NCBI GenBank assembly: GCA_964478695.1
Contig: CAYZIP010000006.1
Span: 1-49,537, forward strand
Source of the DNA: an uncultured Candidatus Saccharibacteria bacterium
GTDB lineage: Bacteria > Patescibacteriota > Saccharimonadia > JAGOAT01 > CAYZIP01
DNA length: 49,537 nucleotides
Reading direction: 5' to 3'
The notes below the pieces were generated by a model. It made no database searches. It was not told the DNA's origin and saw only the letters and a program-made list of their open reading frames with translations. The translations under genes were made by a program, and so were the position numbers. Below are positions 28,812 to 39,589 of this stretch, piece after piece (positions within the stretch are counted from its first letter, which is position 1; the number at the start of each line of letters is the position of its first letter).

Positions 28812-30104
28812 TTAGACAGAAAAATATTTTTTTAATACTGCTTGTAAAGAAGCAGTATCTTTTTTATCTTTTAAGGCCATTCCAATAACATAATTCTTAT
28901 AAAAATATTTATTAATAGCAGACAGGATATCGCTTCTATTAATAGCATTAATCATATCTAGCTGTTCTTTTATACTAATTGAGGGCAAATCTTCTAGATA
29001 TCTATTGGCATAAAAAGACATAATACCAGAGGCACTATCTAATCTAGATTTAATAGAGGCTAATATTTGTTGTTTAGCTCTATCTATTTCGCTTTGCTCA
29101 AAACCACCTTTGCCAAAATCTTGGACGGTAGATAGAATAAGGTCTAGTAGTTTAGGCATATCGGCTGATTTAGTTTGATCATTAATAGAAAATTCAGCTA
29201 AAGAAGTACTCCAGTCAAAGCTACTGCTAGTGCCATAAGTCAGACCACTTCTACGTACTTTTTGAAAAAAGCTACTACCAGTGCCGTCGCTAAGCATGGT
29301 AGAAATTAGCCCCATGATGGCCCTTTCTTTCAAATCATCTTGATTCCAATAAAAATTAATACTCACAGCGGCCTGGTTAGGCCTAATTGCATCTAGATAA
29401 AAAACTTTATTAAATTTATTAGTATCAAAATCAAATACTATCTTTTCTTGTTGTTTTTTCTTATCGGCTGGAATTAATTTTAAAATTAATTCTTCTATTA
29501 AAGCTTGTTTTTTAGGATTAATATTACCACTTAGCATAACCCTAGTATTATTGGCATAATGACTTTTTTTATAATGATTTAATATCTGTTCCCTACTGAT
29601 AATTGAGACGGTTTTAAGTCTGTCTTCTATATCAGGATATAGATCAGGTTCTAACAAAGTATTGATATTGGCATGTAGGCGAAAAAAATCATTGTCCATT
29701 TTACTTTCTAGCTCTCTTAAGACCACTAGTTTTTCTTGAGTAATACTATTTTCTGTAAATATGGGTTTACTAAATTGCTGCAAAGCCAGCTTGGCTACAA
29801 AAACTATATTAGTATATGGAGCTTCATAAAAATAACCAATTTTATCTGTTGCAGTGTAGGCATTTTGATAAGCACCCAAGGATTCTATTTTATTCGCCAG
29901 AACTGCTGAATCAGGAACATATTCATTACCCTCAAAAGCCAAATGCTCCAGCAGGTGAGGTAATTCAAAAATATCTTTTTTAGAATAGCCAAAGCCGTCC
30001 CTAACTGTAATGGATAGCTTAGCCATCTCTGTACTGGGAGTGTGGACAATAAACAACCCCACCCCGTTGGATAGAACCTTATTTACAATACTGTGCTTAA
30101 TCAT
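28812..30104 (-). CDS. M16-family (pitrilysin-like) zinc peptidase
   Basis: HLLEH inverted zincin motif, NAYT, EKLVVLRE, VRRSGLTY. Confidence 0.9.
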   Translation of the reverse strand: MIKHSIVNKVLSNGVGLFIVHTPSTEMAKLSITVRDGFGYSKKDIFELPHLLEHLAFEGNEYVPDSAVLANKIESLGAYQNAYTATDKIGYFYEAPYTNIVFVAKLALQQFSKPIFTENSITQEKLVVLRELESKMDNDFFRLHANINTLLEPDLYPDIEDRLKTVSIISREQILNHYKKSHYANNTRVMLSGNINPKKQALIEELILKLIPADKKKQQEKIVFDFDTNKFNKVFYLDAIRPNQAAVSINFYWNQDDLKERAIMGLISTMLSDGTGSSFFQKVRRSGLTYGTSSSFDWSTSLAEFSINDQTKSADMPKLLDLILSTVQDFGKGGFEQSEIDRAKQQILASIKSRLDSASGIMSFYANRYLEDLPSISIKEQLDMINAINRSDILSAINKYFYKNYVIGMALKDKKDTASLQAVLKKYFSV

Positions 30105-30129
30105 AATATATTTCTCCTCAAAAGCCTCT

Positions 30130-31878
30130 CTACATTTCTTCTAGTATATCTATACCTAACAAATCTAACCCTTTTTCCATTACATATTCTAGCATTAAGA
30201 CTACCCTTAGCCTAGCAGAAGACAGCTCAGAGTTGCTATCCAAAACAGTTGTGTTTTCATAATAACTAGAGAATGTGGTGGCTAGTTCAAATAGATATTT
30301 TGCTATATGATGTGCTTCCAATAGACTTGCAGCAAAGCTTAAAATATCAGGGAATTTAGATAAATGAAGCAAAATAGCTTTTTCACTATTATAGTCGTAG
30401 CTATCATTTTCTTTTAAATTATTAACTGTCAAATTATTTGATATTTTTGATTTTCTTAAAATGGATTTTATCCTAACTAATGAATACTGTAAGTAGGGGC
30501 TACTATATCCATGCAGACGCAAACTATCATCAGCACTAAAAAGCATATTACTTCTTTTATTATTCATAATATCAGAGAATTTAATAGCTCCAATGGCTAT
30601 ACTAGTAGCAATTTTATTCTTTTTTCTATCATCTATATCTCTATCTTTTACTATCTCCAGAGCTTTAGATGTGGTGGTGCTGATTAAATCTTCTAATAAA
30701 ACCACTCCTTTACGTGAAGACATTTTTTCTCTTTTCTTATCTTCATTAAGAATCTCTATGGCCCCATGCATGCTATGTATTAAATTAGTTGAAATCCCTA
30801 GATCTTTGGCTAGAGCAAAAAGTTGTTTGAAATGAAATTCTTGCTGATAATCTACACAATAAACTATTAGACTAGGTTTCCACCTATTTTGTCTATATAA
30901 TATTGTGGCAATATCACTGGTGGTGTATAAATATCCCCCATCACTTTTTTGGATTAGCATAGGAGTATCAAATTTGTGATGGCTTAAATCTACTATTACT
31001 GCTCCTGAATGCTCTCGTTTAGCTATACCCTTGCGGATTAAATCCTCCACCACTATGGGCATCTGATCAGCATAAAAAGATTCTCCTAACTGTTCGTCTA
31101 CTTCTACTTTTAAAAGTTTTAGAACCTGATTACAATGCTCTATAGAAATATCTGTAAACCATCGCCAATATCGCATGGCCTCCTCATCTTTATTCTGTAG
31201 TTTTAAAAACCATTTCTTTGCAGCTTCTAAGGAAGAAGATACCCCACCGTCTTCTTGTTCTTTTTTGACCATATCTCTAAAGATCTTATACAAACGGCTG
31301 AGCTCATATACATTATCTTGATTAACCTTATCTTCACTCCCATACAATTCATATGCAACCATCCACATACCAAAAGAAGTCCCCCAATCACCTAGATGAT
31401 TGTCACGCACAACAGTATATCCTTGACTCCTAAGCATACCACTCACTACTTGTCCTTGCACCGTAGGCCTTAAATGTCCAACAGAGAAAGGTTTGGCAAG
31501 ATTTAGCCCCACCATATCCACAATAGCTGTTTGTCCTTTAAATGTATCTTTAAATCCATATATATGATTCAGTTCAAAGTCGCTGCATAATTGCTGATGA
31601 ATATAGCTTGATGATAAGCTAATGTTCAAATATGGTCCTATATTATGAGCGTGAGTAATCACATAGCCCAACTCTGACAACACTATTTCTTTGAGGGCAA
31701 TTGCTAGCTCTGAAGCTGTTTTGTCTAAATTTTTAGCCAAGATAAAACAATTAAGAGCAAAATCTCCCTCGGTATTTTCTGGCACAGCATCTAATTTAAT
31801 ATTAACTTCAGATAGTAAAAAATGCTTCTTGGCTATATCAGATATAGCCTCTCTCATCCTATCTAAAAAATAACTCAT
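30130..31878 (-). CDS. argS: Arginine--tRNA ligase
   Basis: GDFA, GPYLN, SVGHLR (HIGH), NHLGDWG, KSDGGYLYTTSD, KMSSRKG, PYLQYS. Confidence 0.96.
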   Translation of the reverse strand: MSYFLDRMREAISDIAKKHFLLSEVNIKLDAVPENTEGDFALNCFILAKNLDKTASELAIALKEIVLSELGYVITHAHNIGPYLNISLSSSYIHQQLCSDFELNHIYGFKDTFKGQTAIVDMVGLNLAKPFSVGHLRPTVQGQVVSGMLRSQGYTVVRDNHLGDWGTSFGMWMVAYELYGSEDKVNQDNVYELSRLYKIFRDMVKKEQEDGGVSSSLEAAKKWFLKLQNKDEEAMRYWRWFTDISIEHCNQVLKLLKVEVDEQLGESFYADQMPIVVEDLIRKGIAKREHSGAVIVDLSHHKFDTPMLIQKSDGGYLYTTSDIATILYRQNRWKPSLIVYCVDYQQEFHFKQLFALAKDLGISTNLIHSMHGAIEILNEDKKREKMSSRKGVVLLEDLISTTTSKALEIVKDRDIDDRKKNKIATSIAIGAIKFSDIMNNKRSNMLFSADDSLRLHGYSSPYLQYSLVRIKSILRKSKISNNLTVNNLKENDSYDYNSEKAILLHLSKFPDILSFAASLLEAHHIAKYLFELATTFSSYYENTTVLDSNSELSSARLRVVLMLEYVMEKGLDLLGIDILEEM

Positions 31879-31924
31879 ATGAATATTATATATTAAGAGG
31901 GTCAGAGATATTTAGGCTTAATCT

Positions 31925-32725
31925 TTATTTTGGGATAAAGAGAGAATTGCATCTAATACCACCACCTCCTTTGTGCCATTGATCAATATTGATGGGAATT
32001 ATTTCTAGTCCATGATCTTGGATATAATAAGCCAGCTGATCTGATATTCTATCAGATATTAAGACTTTGCCCCCTACCATAGTAAAATTACAAGCAAAGG
32101 CTTGATTGTCTTGGTCATTAGTTACATAAATACTATCAAAATTCTTTTCTATTATGGTAAAGTCCGTATCTTTAAAGGCATTTCTATTCACAACAACGGT
32201 CTTGTCGCTTAAGGGACCAAAGGACATATCTAGATGATAAAAATAATCATCAATATTCTCTAAAGCTATAATTTCATGCTCCACAATATCTTCTAAAAAA
32301 TTAATTGCCTCCAAACTAGTACGCTTGCCATAGCCACAGAAATATTTTTCTCCTACTTGAAACATCTCCCCTTGCCCTTCAAAATAACAAGATTCTGGTA
32401 GGTGGTACATAGTTAATCCTGGAATTTTTTCTAGTAAAAAATCTTTTAATAAAGCCGACTCTCCTCGCCTCTGTGTATAACGATAATTAGCTAGAATAAA
32501 TTTCTGTCCATCAGACCAGCCACTATTGGCCATATATACTTGATCGGGATAATCAGGGCTTGGATCAATCTCTAGCACTGTTAAGCCCGACTGCTGATAG
32601 GTTAACTTTAATTTTTGATAAGAAGCATTGACTTCGTCTTGATCAATAATAAAAGACTTATCCATCCAGGGATTTATAATATAGTCTATTCTATAATACT
32701 TTGGTGGACATAATACTACTTGCAT
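31925..32725 (-). CDS. Amidinotransferase/pentein family protein (DDAH or arginine-dihydrolase-like)
   Basis: INPWM, PDQVYMAN, FEGQGE, FYHLD, GGGGIRC (catalytic Cys). The start overlaps the hisS stop. Confidence 0.88.
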   Translation of the reverse strand: MQVVLCPPKYYRIDYIINPWMDKSFIIDQDEVNASYQKLKLTYQQSGLTVLEIDPSPDYPDQVYMANSGWSDGQKFILANYRYTQRRGESALLKDFLLEKIPGLTMYHLPESCYFEGQGEMFQVGEKYFCGYGKRTSLEAINFLEDIVEHEIIALENIDDYFYHLDMSFGPLSDKTVVVNRNAFKDTDFTIIEKNFDSIYVTNDQDNQAFACNFTMVGGKVLISDRISDQLAYYIQDHGLEIIPINIDQWHKGGGGIRCNSLFIPK

Positions 32726-34041
32726 AGTACTTCCGCAACTTGATCTATAGTAACTTCTTGTTGATGGCCAGAACGCATATCCTTTAAGACCAAATTTGAA
32801 CTCTCTTCTGAGTATATCAAGACATTACCAACTCCAATTTTTTGAGCATAACGTAGCTGACTAGACAGATCGCTATTTTCAAGACTAAAGCTAGCTTTAA
32901 GCCCCATCTTATGTAAGCTAGAAGCAATACTATAAACTTTACCCAAAGGCTGATCTGGCCTATAGACAATAAATACATCTAATGAATGTGGCAAAATAAA
33001 ATAATTAACAGGGCCATCGTGGTTAACGTGTTTTTCCAGAATATATTCAAATAGTCTAGTAAGGCCTATGCTACCACCTACGGCTGGCATCAAACGAGGA
33101 GAGAAATATTCTAACAATCTATTATAGCGTCCCCCAGAAGCAATACTTCCAAAAGCCTTGTCCTGATCAAAGAAAGTTTCAAAAACAACACCGCTGTAAT
33201 AATCCAGGCCTCGTACAATAGAAGGATTAAAAGTAATATTATTTGCGGGTATATTAAAGGCCAAAAGACTCTCAAAAAGAACTCTAATGTCATCAACAGC
33301 AGAGGCAAATTCAGATCCAAGGCCAGGCAAGGAATTTAGAGCATCTATAGAGCTCACAATATCCTTGGGGTCAGCTTTTAGTAAAATGTTTAGTAGTTTT
33401 TGATCTCTATTGGAAATACCAATTTTGTCTAGCTCAGAGCTAAAAACATCCTGTTGAAGTTTATCTCTTTTATCTACTAAATGCATCAAACCTATCTTAT
33501 CTTGATCAGATAGATCCAAGAATCCAGCCCATAGCCCTCTATGCCCTATATTGATACAGAATGCATTTATATTAAGGCTAGACAAAGCTTGGTACAATAC
33601 ACTAATGATTAAAGCATCGGCATTTATATTCTCTACTCCGAATATATCTATGTCAGCTTGATAAAATTCTCTAGCCCTACCCCTTTGTGTATTTTCGGCC
33701 CTATACCTTTTTTGAATTTGATATCTATAAAAAGGAAAAATAATACTACCACTATGCTCACTAATATATCTAGCAGTGGGAATAGTTAAATCGTAAGGCA
33801 TGCAATAATCTGTTTTGCCTTTAGTGAATCTATAGACTTCTTTTTCTGTTTCTCCTCCACCTTTGGCTAGCATAATATCACTTAACTCTAGGTCTGGGGT
33901 TACAATGTGAGAGAACCCATAAGAAGCAAATACTTCTTCTATAGATCTATAAATACTATCAAATAAGGCCTGTTCTTGAGGTAAATACTCTCTAAACCCC
34001 TTAGGCCTCCTAGCCTCTAAGTATTTCTTATCACTATTCAT
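32716..34041 (-). CDS. hisS: Histidine--tRNA ligase
   Basis: PKGFRE, PYDLT, YRAENTQRGRAREFYQADID, VRGLDYYSG, ASGGRY, GGSIGLTRL, QLRYA. Confidence 0.95.
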   Translation of the reverse strand: MNSDKKYLEARRPKGFREYLPQEQALFDSIYRSIEEVFASYGFSHIVTPDLELSDIMLAKGGGETEKEVYRFTKGKTDYCMPYDLTIPTARYISEHSGSIIFPFYRYQIQKRYRAENTQRGRAREFYQADIDIFGVENINADALIISVLYQALSSLNINAFCINIGHRGLWAGFLDLSDQDKIGLMHLVDKRDKLQQDVFSSELDKIGISNRDQKLLNILLKADPKDIVSSIDALNSLPGLGSEFASAVDDIRVLFESLLAFNIPANNITFNPSIVRGLDYYSGVVFETFFDQDKAFGSIASGGRYNRLLEYFSPRLMPAVGGSIGLTRLFEYILEKHVNHDGPVNYFILPHSLDVFIVYRPDQPLGKVYSIASSLHKMGLKASFSLENSDLSSQLRYAQKIGVGNVLIYSEESSNLVLKDMRSGHQQEVTIDQVAEVLCK

Positions 34042-34126
34042 ATTCTTTAATTATTATAAGACAATACTTGCTGGCTTAAAACCTTAATGCCAATAAAGTA
34101 TATAAAACTAGCCTAAAAGAATTAAG

Positions 34127-36496
34127 TTATACTAATTCTTTCTTTAAGAAAAAGACTACCAATATACTGGATAGTCCAGCTAGAATCTTAACTATAAAAG
34201 ATAGCTCTCCGGTACTAGGCAAAGCATTAGTGGTATCTGTATTATCAACAACAGGGGTATTGTCTATGTTAAACGTAACATCCATGTCCCCTAAAACCTC
34301 TGCCGTATCTGCTCCCTTGGCACTAGCAGTAGCCACATTGGTCAATTTATTTGATACTTTAGCTCCATTGAATTTTACGGTTAATCGTAAAGTGGCTTCA
34401 TGGCCTATTAATAAATTACTACTACCAGCATTAAGCATGTTAATGTCCGAAGATCCGTTATAGTTAGTATTAATGACAAGACTAGATCCAGAAGATGGAG
34501 TAGTGGGTATTGTTAAATTCTCTACTGTATAGTTGCCAGCACCAAAGATATTATCAAGATCATCACTAACATTCACATTATCAAGATCATAATCTCCACT
34601 GTTCTTTATATTAAACAAGAATGACGCTTGATGATAGTTGCCACCCAAGCTAACTATGTCTCCGTCCACTGTTTTAACGGCAGATATGGCATTTTTCGGT
34701 AGACCAAATTCTTCTTCAAAGTCTCCAACCAAAACAGCAGGAACATTATAAGCTGTAGCCGAGACATTTACTTTGTTAGTTACAGGGAATACAGTAGTGC
34801 TTTTTTTAAATCTTACATCAATAGAAAATTCTAATTTATGGCCTATTAATAAATTATTTGGAAGCACTAAAAGCTCTTGATCACTATCACCATTATAGGT
34901 GCTATTAAGGTTTACACTTGAACCACTGGCGGGAGCAGTTATTACTGCAGGAGTACTCACGCTAACTATATTAGAAGCCCCCAAAATAGTGGCCAAGTCG
35001 TCTATGGCACTAATATCTGTCAGATCAACATTACCATTATTCTCTAAAGAGAACTTAAATGTAGCTCCATATTCGTCGGAGCCATAGTCTTTTATTATGC
35101 CTATTCTAGACTTTTCTACAGTCAGCTTAGAGCTACAATTACCAGTTTGATCATAAGCCACAACCGATTGATCATAATTTCCCGACCATCCACCCCATTC
35201 AGCAGTAGCATTAGTTCCCATGTTACCAGTAAATAAATTGGCTCCTGTTATGGTGTCCTTAATAGTAAATTGATCTACTGATCCTATGCTACCATTTAAA
35301 GCAACATACTGCCCCGTAGGAGAAATGGATGTGTTAAGAGCATTAACATCCATACTGGGTGGCCCTGGTACCCAGCTAGAATCTATGACTGGGCTACTAG
35401 GATTTAGCAAATTCACTTTATAGGCCCCATTATTGGTAGACAGTATAGCAAAATCTCCGGCATTACTAAGGTCTAATGAAGTGATATTAACTCCACTAGG
35501 CATAGGTAGTGATCCTGTCAGAACAGGGCCATTGGGATTAGCAACATTATATATCATAAGTGTGGTTCTAGCGCTGTCTGGGGCTATTACCATAGAAACA
35601 TCAGCCGAATAACCAATATCTGTACCAGCCACATGACTAGCCTTGACTCCTGTAATAGTAGCGCGGAAAGTAAATGTATTGGTAGTTCTGTCAAAGCTAT
35701 ATATATGAATATCATTATAAGCAGAATCGGTACCCACCAAGAGATCTACGGTTGGAGAAAATGACCCTACCTGGCCGGCAACAAAAAAAGTAACTGCTGG
35801 AGAAGGACCTGAAGATAAAAGAACAGGAGCTACCGCTAATGCAGTGGTAGATATATCATAGGCAAGTAAATTGGAAGATGTGCTGACATAAAGTACTTTA
35901 CCGTCAGAGCTAGTATAAACATGCCTACCAGGGATAGTTCCAACTACTGTGGGAACAGCAGGCTGAGTATCTACTATTTGTATTCCTATTCCAGAGGATG
36001 GAGCGGTGGGAATATATGCATAACGATCAGAACTATCAAAACCTATGCTATTACTGCCATATGTAGCAGGATAAGATCCACTACCTCCGCCAAGATATTG
36101 AATGCTAGGAGTAGGAGACGATAGGTCTGTATAATTAATATTTGCTCCCTGATAAACACCAGTAAAATATTTTAAGCTATCATTAGTGATAGCACTAACT
36201 TTTTTGCCACAAGAAATGCCTAGTGTGGCTACCTGAGCCGCAGACAAGGTATAGCTAAAAACACCACTGCTATTAGCAGTAACAGTACCTAAAGGAAGTC
36301 CAGTCACAGACAAAGAAACAAGCTGGCTAGGATTTGCCGTACCAGTAATGGTGTTTGTGGGAGCATTATAATTAACGCTTAAGGCAAAGGCATTATTCTG
36401 TTTTAAGAAAGAAGCTGCCAATAATACAAGCACCATTAATAGCAAAGATTTTATTTTTGAATTAGCAATACCAAACACCACGCCATTTATTTTCAT
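34127..36496 (-). CDS. Large surface protein: signal peptide, Ig-like domain, beta-propeller-like repeats, two DUF11-like domains, LPSTG sorting signal
   Basis: Signal peptide; repeated beta-strand blocks; F.F.L/I.N.G..DL....DDL modules twice; C-terminal LPSTG + TM + KK tail. Confidence 0.75.
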   Translation of the reverse strand: MKINGVVFGIANSKIKSLLLMVLVLLAASFLKQNNAFALSVNYNAPTNTITGTANPSQLVSLSVTGLPLGTVTANSSGVFSYTLSAAQVATLGISCGKKVSAITNDSLKYFTGVYQGANINYTDLSSPTPSIQYLGGGSGSYPATYGSNSIGFDSSDRYAYIPTAPSSGIGIQIVDTQPAVPTVVGTIPGRHVYTSSDGKVLYVSTSSNLLAYDISTTALAVAPVLLSSGPSPAVTFFVAGQVGSFSPTVDLLVGTDSAYNDIHIYSFDRTTNTFTFRATITGVKASHVAGTDIGYSADVSMVIAPDSARTTLMIYNVANPNGPVLTGSLPMPSGVNITSLDLSNAGDFAILSTNNGAYKVNLLNPSSPVIDSSWVPGPPSMDVNALNTSISPTGQYVALNGSIGSVDQFTIKDTITGANLFTGNMGTNATAEWGGWSGNYDQSVVAYDQTGNCSSKLTVEKSRIGIIKDYGSDEYGATFKFSLENNGNVDLTDISAIDDLATILGASNIVSVSTPAVITAPASGSSVNLNSTYNGDSDQELLVLPNNLLIGHKLEFSIDVRFKKSTTVFPVTNKVNVSATAYNVPAVLVGDFEEEFGLPKNAISAVKTVDGDIVSLGGNYHQASFLFNIKNSGDYDLDNVNVSDDLDNIFGAGNYTVENLTIPTTPSSGSSLVINTNYNGSSDINMLNAGSSNLLIGHEATLRLTVKFNGAKVSNKLTNVATASAKGADTAEVLGDMDVTFNIDNTPVVDNTDTTNALPSTGELSFIVKILAGLSSILVVFFLKKELV

Positions 36497-36647
36497 TTTG
36501 TTCTTCCTTTATATGTATATTTTATAGCCTTTAGGCTAGACACAAGCTAGCACCAACCAAAGCGTACTTCCATAAAAGCTTATGTTTATATAATAGAACT
36601 ATATCATATTTAATGTCAAATAATTATTAAGTTTTTTATTTATCTAT

Positions 36648-37007
36648 TTACTCAGAAGTCTTGTCGCTTGTAGATATATCTTGCAAGAAAGACTTAAAAA
36701 TTGGGAGATCTTTTTTGTATGTATTCCATAATATACTAGCTGGAACCCTAAAATACTCATGGGTAAGATAGTTGCGCATAGAAACTATCTGCCTCCAAGG
36801 CACATTAGGATATTGACGCTGTACATAATATGGCAAATATTTCATGGCTTCAGTTATAATTTGTAGATTCCTGGTGATAGCAGCTTGCAATTTTTCATCT
36901 CTTAATAAAGATGGCTCATCTACATTTGTCATAAAATCATCTATTTCCCCTATCTTATCGGTAATATCCAATATTAAGTGCTCTATACTACGATCATTAA
37001 AATACAT
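36648..37007 (-). CDS. HepT-like HEPN ribonuclease toxin (DUF86)
   Basis: LQIITEA, VPWRQIVSMRNYLTHEY (R-X4-H), ILWNT. Overlaps the upstream MNT gene by 11 nt. Confidence 0.92.
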   Translation of the reverse strand: MYFNDRSIEHLILDITDKIGEIDDFMTNVDEPSLLRDEKLQAAITRNLQIITEAMKYLPYYVQRQYPNVPWRQIVSMRNYLTHEYFRVPASILWNTYKKDLPIFKSFLQDISTSDKTSE

Positions 37008-37293
37008 ATATTTTTTCTTTGCTTACATTTTTATCAATGGCATTATTAAAAGATTCTGGGACGGTAATATCTATTATTCTATGAGTTAAGTCTTCTAAAA
37101 AATTTCTAATATGCATTAGCTCTAGCATAGATAAGCCAAGATCGCTCTCGACAATAATATCTATGTCATCTCTGGGCTCTATAGAGCCTCTAGCCAGAGA
37201 TCCAAATATAGCTAGTCTATTAACCCCAAAGACAGTCATCAGTTCTTCTTTTTTAGAGAGTATTAAAGCCTGATACTTGTCAAAATCGCTCAT
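36997..37293 (-). CDS. Minimal nucleotidyltransferase (MntA-like antitoxin)
   Basis: FGSLARG...DDIDIIV (GSX10DXD); 98 aa; directly upstream of the HEPN gene. Confidence 0.9.
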   Translation of the reverse strand: MSDFDKYQALILSKKEELMTVFGVNRLAIFGSLARGSIEPRDDIDIIVESDLGLSMLELMHIRNFLEDLTHRIIDITVPESFNNAIDKNVSKEKIYVF

Positions 37294-37343
37294 GCTAAAT
37301 ATTATATACCATACCCCTCTGTCACAAGAGGTTAATGGCTTGT

Positions 37344-39368
37344 TTAAATAGTACTTTTAAAACGTACTAAAAACAATGTAGCTAGCGTTATAAATAATGC
37401 TAATACCGAGTAGATTGCTAATGCCAAGCCAGTGGTAGGAAGTACTGTATTAGTTGTAGTAGTTCCAGATCCAGTACCGCCAGTTGTGGTGGTAACTTTA
37501 GTGTACTTTAAAACAACCGGAGTGGGATCATTATTATCATAAGAGCTACCATCTTCATTGCTATCAGACAGTATGCCATCCTGTGAAGCATCTTTTAAAT
37601 TTTCTCCTCCGGCCGAAGTTGCCATAAAAGTAACCTGATTGGTTGTATCTATATCTTGATCTATAGTTACTTCAACGTCTAAATAAACCATCTTAGAATC
37701 ATTTGCCTTAATCGTCTGTCCCATGTCTAGTAATTCCAAGTCACTAATACCGTCAAAATCAGGGTTAATGTCTAAATCACCCCCCATATCTACAATTGAC
37801 CAGCTAGCAGCATTTGCCAATAATGTAGATAGATCTTCCTTCATACTAAGGTCTGTAACAACTACATCCCCTTTATTGTCCAAATTAAAGACAAAGCTGC
37901 AGATAAATATATTAGGATTATCTTCACTCTTCTGTAAACATTTTTGCAATCTTTTGGCTACTCCTATAGCTGGAGCTTCTTTAAAGCTAACCGGAGTAGG
38001 ATCATCTTCACCACCTTCATTTGACATTCCATTATTGTTAGCATCAACAATAGCACCATCATCAGATTTATCATTATAGGTAGTTTTGCCATATTCCCCG
38101 GAAACAGTAGCTTGATTATCAAATTGATCCCAGTTACCAACTGGTGTTACCTCTACAATGATAGTAACCTCAAAAGAGTCATTACTGTCCAAAAAAGATC
38201 CATTGGCTAGTAGATTCCAATCACCAGCACTACCATAAGATGGATTAATCGTAATATTAGAGTTTATGGAAGCTGTAGGAGTAGATATATCATATGACAC
38301 TACAGAGTGTGCGGCAGAGCCAATAGAATTTGTAAAAGTTGTATCCAAATCATCTATTAGCATTAAATCATTCATTCTGTTTTTTTCTAGGCTATTATTA
38401 GCTACTTTTAGCCTATATGTAACTGTATAAGTTCCATTGCCATTGTTAACATTATTAGTTAACTCTTTAGCCACCCCTAGTTCTGGCACAGTAGCTAGAG
38501 TGGGCCCCATAAAGCTAATTCTTTCACTATAGCCATTATTGTCATTGCCTCCACCAGCATTAAGATCATCGTCCCCTACCACCACCAGCATTTTAGACAC
38601 TAATTGATTCCTTTCTGCTATAAATCCTATCCATCTAGTCATATCATTCCCGCACCCATTAAAGTCATTGCTAGTAGGAATTTCACCAGCTGGAGCACCG
38701 TTACCTAAACTACATTGACTTTGATCGGCAGTACTGGTCAATAGATTATCGTCACTAATCAATACTCCAGAACTGTCATAGAGTCTAATGACGGCTGGTG
38801 TGCCACTTATATTTCTAGTCTCTAAATCACCAAACCAAGCTCCAAAAGCCCTGACGGGAGTACTAAATTCGAATAGAATCCCATTCCTGCCCCCAGTTCC
38901 TGCACTAGATTGAGTAAAAAATCCATTAGTACTTGATACCAGACTCGCTGGTCTAGGAGAATCATCCTGCATGCCATTGCCGCTGGCACTAGCATAGGCC
39001 CCATTATTAACCACTGATCCAGTCAAGGTGTTATTTGTAAGATCTACATTAGTCCAGCTAGATACATTAACAGCTGCTCCCCATGAAGATGTAAACACAC
39101 TGCTCCCATTTATATGAGTGCCACTATTAGGCATCAACCCTTGCTCTATACAGCCACCAACACATGCTCCTATAGAGCTTAGCTGTGACCTCCAAGCATC
39201 ATCCTGAGTGTCTACAATGGCTCGATTGGCAGCAGAATTTTGACCAGCCTCTGTGGATATAACCAGTAGCGGAGCAGCATATGTTACTCTAGAGAATAAC
39301 TGTATAATTACAAAAACATATAACGAAACTGCAAACAACACCTTGAATTTATTCTTCAACACCATCAC
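37344..39368 (-). CDS. Surface protein with two DUF11-like domains and an LPTTG sorting signal
   Basis: Signal peptide; LGVAK/IGVAK...N modules; acidic DxNxDG...DPTP repeats; Thr/Gly linker; LPTTG + TM + RFK tail. Confidence 0.78.
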   Translation of the reverse strand: MMVLKNKFKVLFAVSLYVFVIIQLFSRVTYAAPLLVISTEAGQNSAANRAIVDTQDDAWRSQLSSIGACVGGCIEQGLMPNSGTHINGSSVFTSSWGAAVNVSSWTNVDLTNNTLTGSVVNNGAYASASGNGMQDDSPRPASLVSSTNGFFTQSSAGTGGRNGILFEFSTPVRAFGAWFGDLETRNISGTPAVIRLYDSSGVLISDDNLLTSTADQSQCSLGNGAPAGEIPTSNDFNGCGNDMTRWIGFIAERNQLVSKMLVVVGDDDLNAGGGNDNNGYSERISFMGPTLATVPELGVAKELTNNVNNGNGTYTVTYRLKVANNSLEKNRMNDLMLIDDLDTTFTNSIGSAAHSVVSYDISTPTASINSNITINPSYGSAGDWNLLANGSFLDSNDSFEVTIIVEVTPVGNWDQFDNQATVSGEYGKTTYNDKSDDGAIVDANNNGMSNEGGEDDPTPVSFKEAPAIGVAKRLQKCLQKSEDNPNIFICSFVFNLDNKGDVVVTDLSMKEDLSTLLANAASWSIVDMGGDLDINPDFDGISDLELLDMGQTIKANDSKMVYLDVEVTIDQDIDTTNQVTFMATSAGGENLKDASQDGILSDSNEDGSSYDNNDPTPVVLKYTKVTTTTGGTGSGTTTTNTVLPTTGLALAIYSVLALFITLATLFLVRFKSTI

Positions 39369-39589
39369 CTCCTTTTATAGACATTTAATATTTTATTTTA
39401 TTAGTTTAATACTAAAAATTATAAAGCATGAGCATATTAAGCGTAAATAGAATAATTTATATATTCCAAGGTTTTGTTATTGAATTATTTTTAATATGAT
39501 TCCATGAAAGTTAAGGTCTATAGTCAACAAAAAAACAATTCATTAGATGTTAAAATAAAAATGATATTAAATTTAAGAAGGAATATAAA

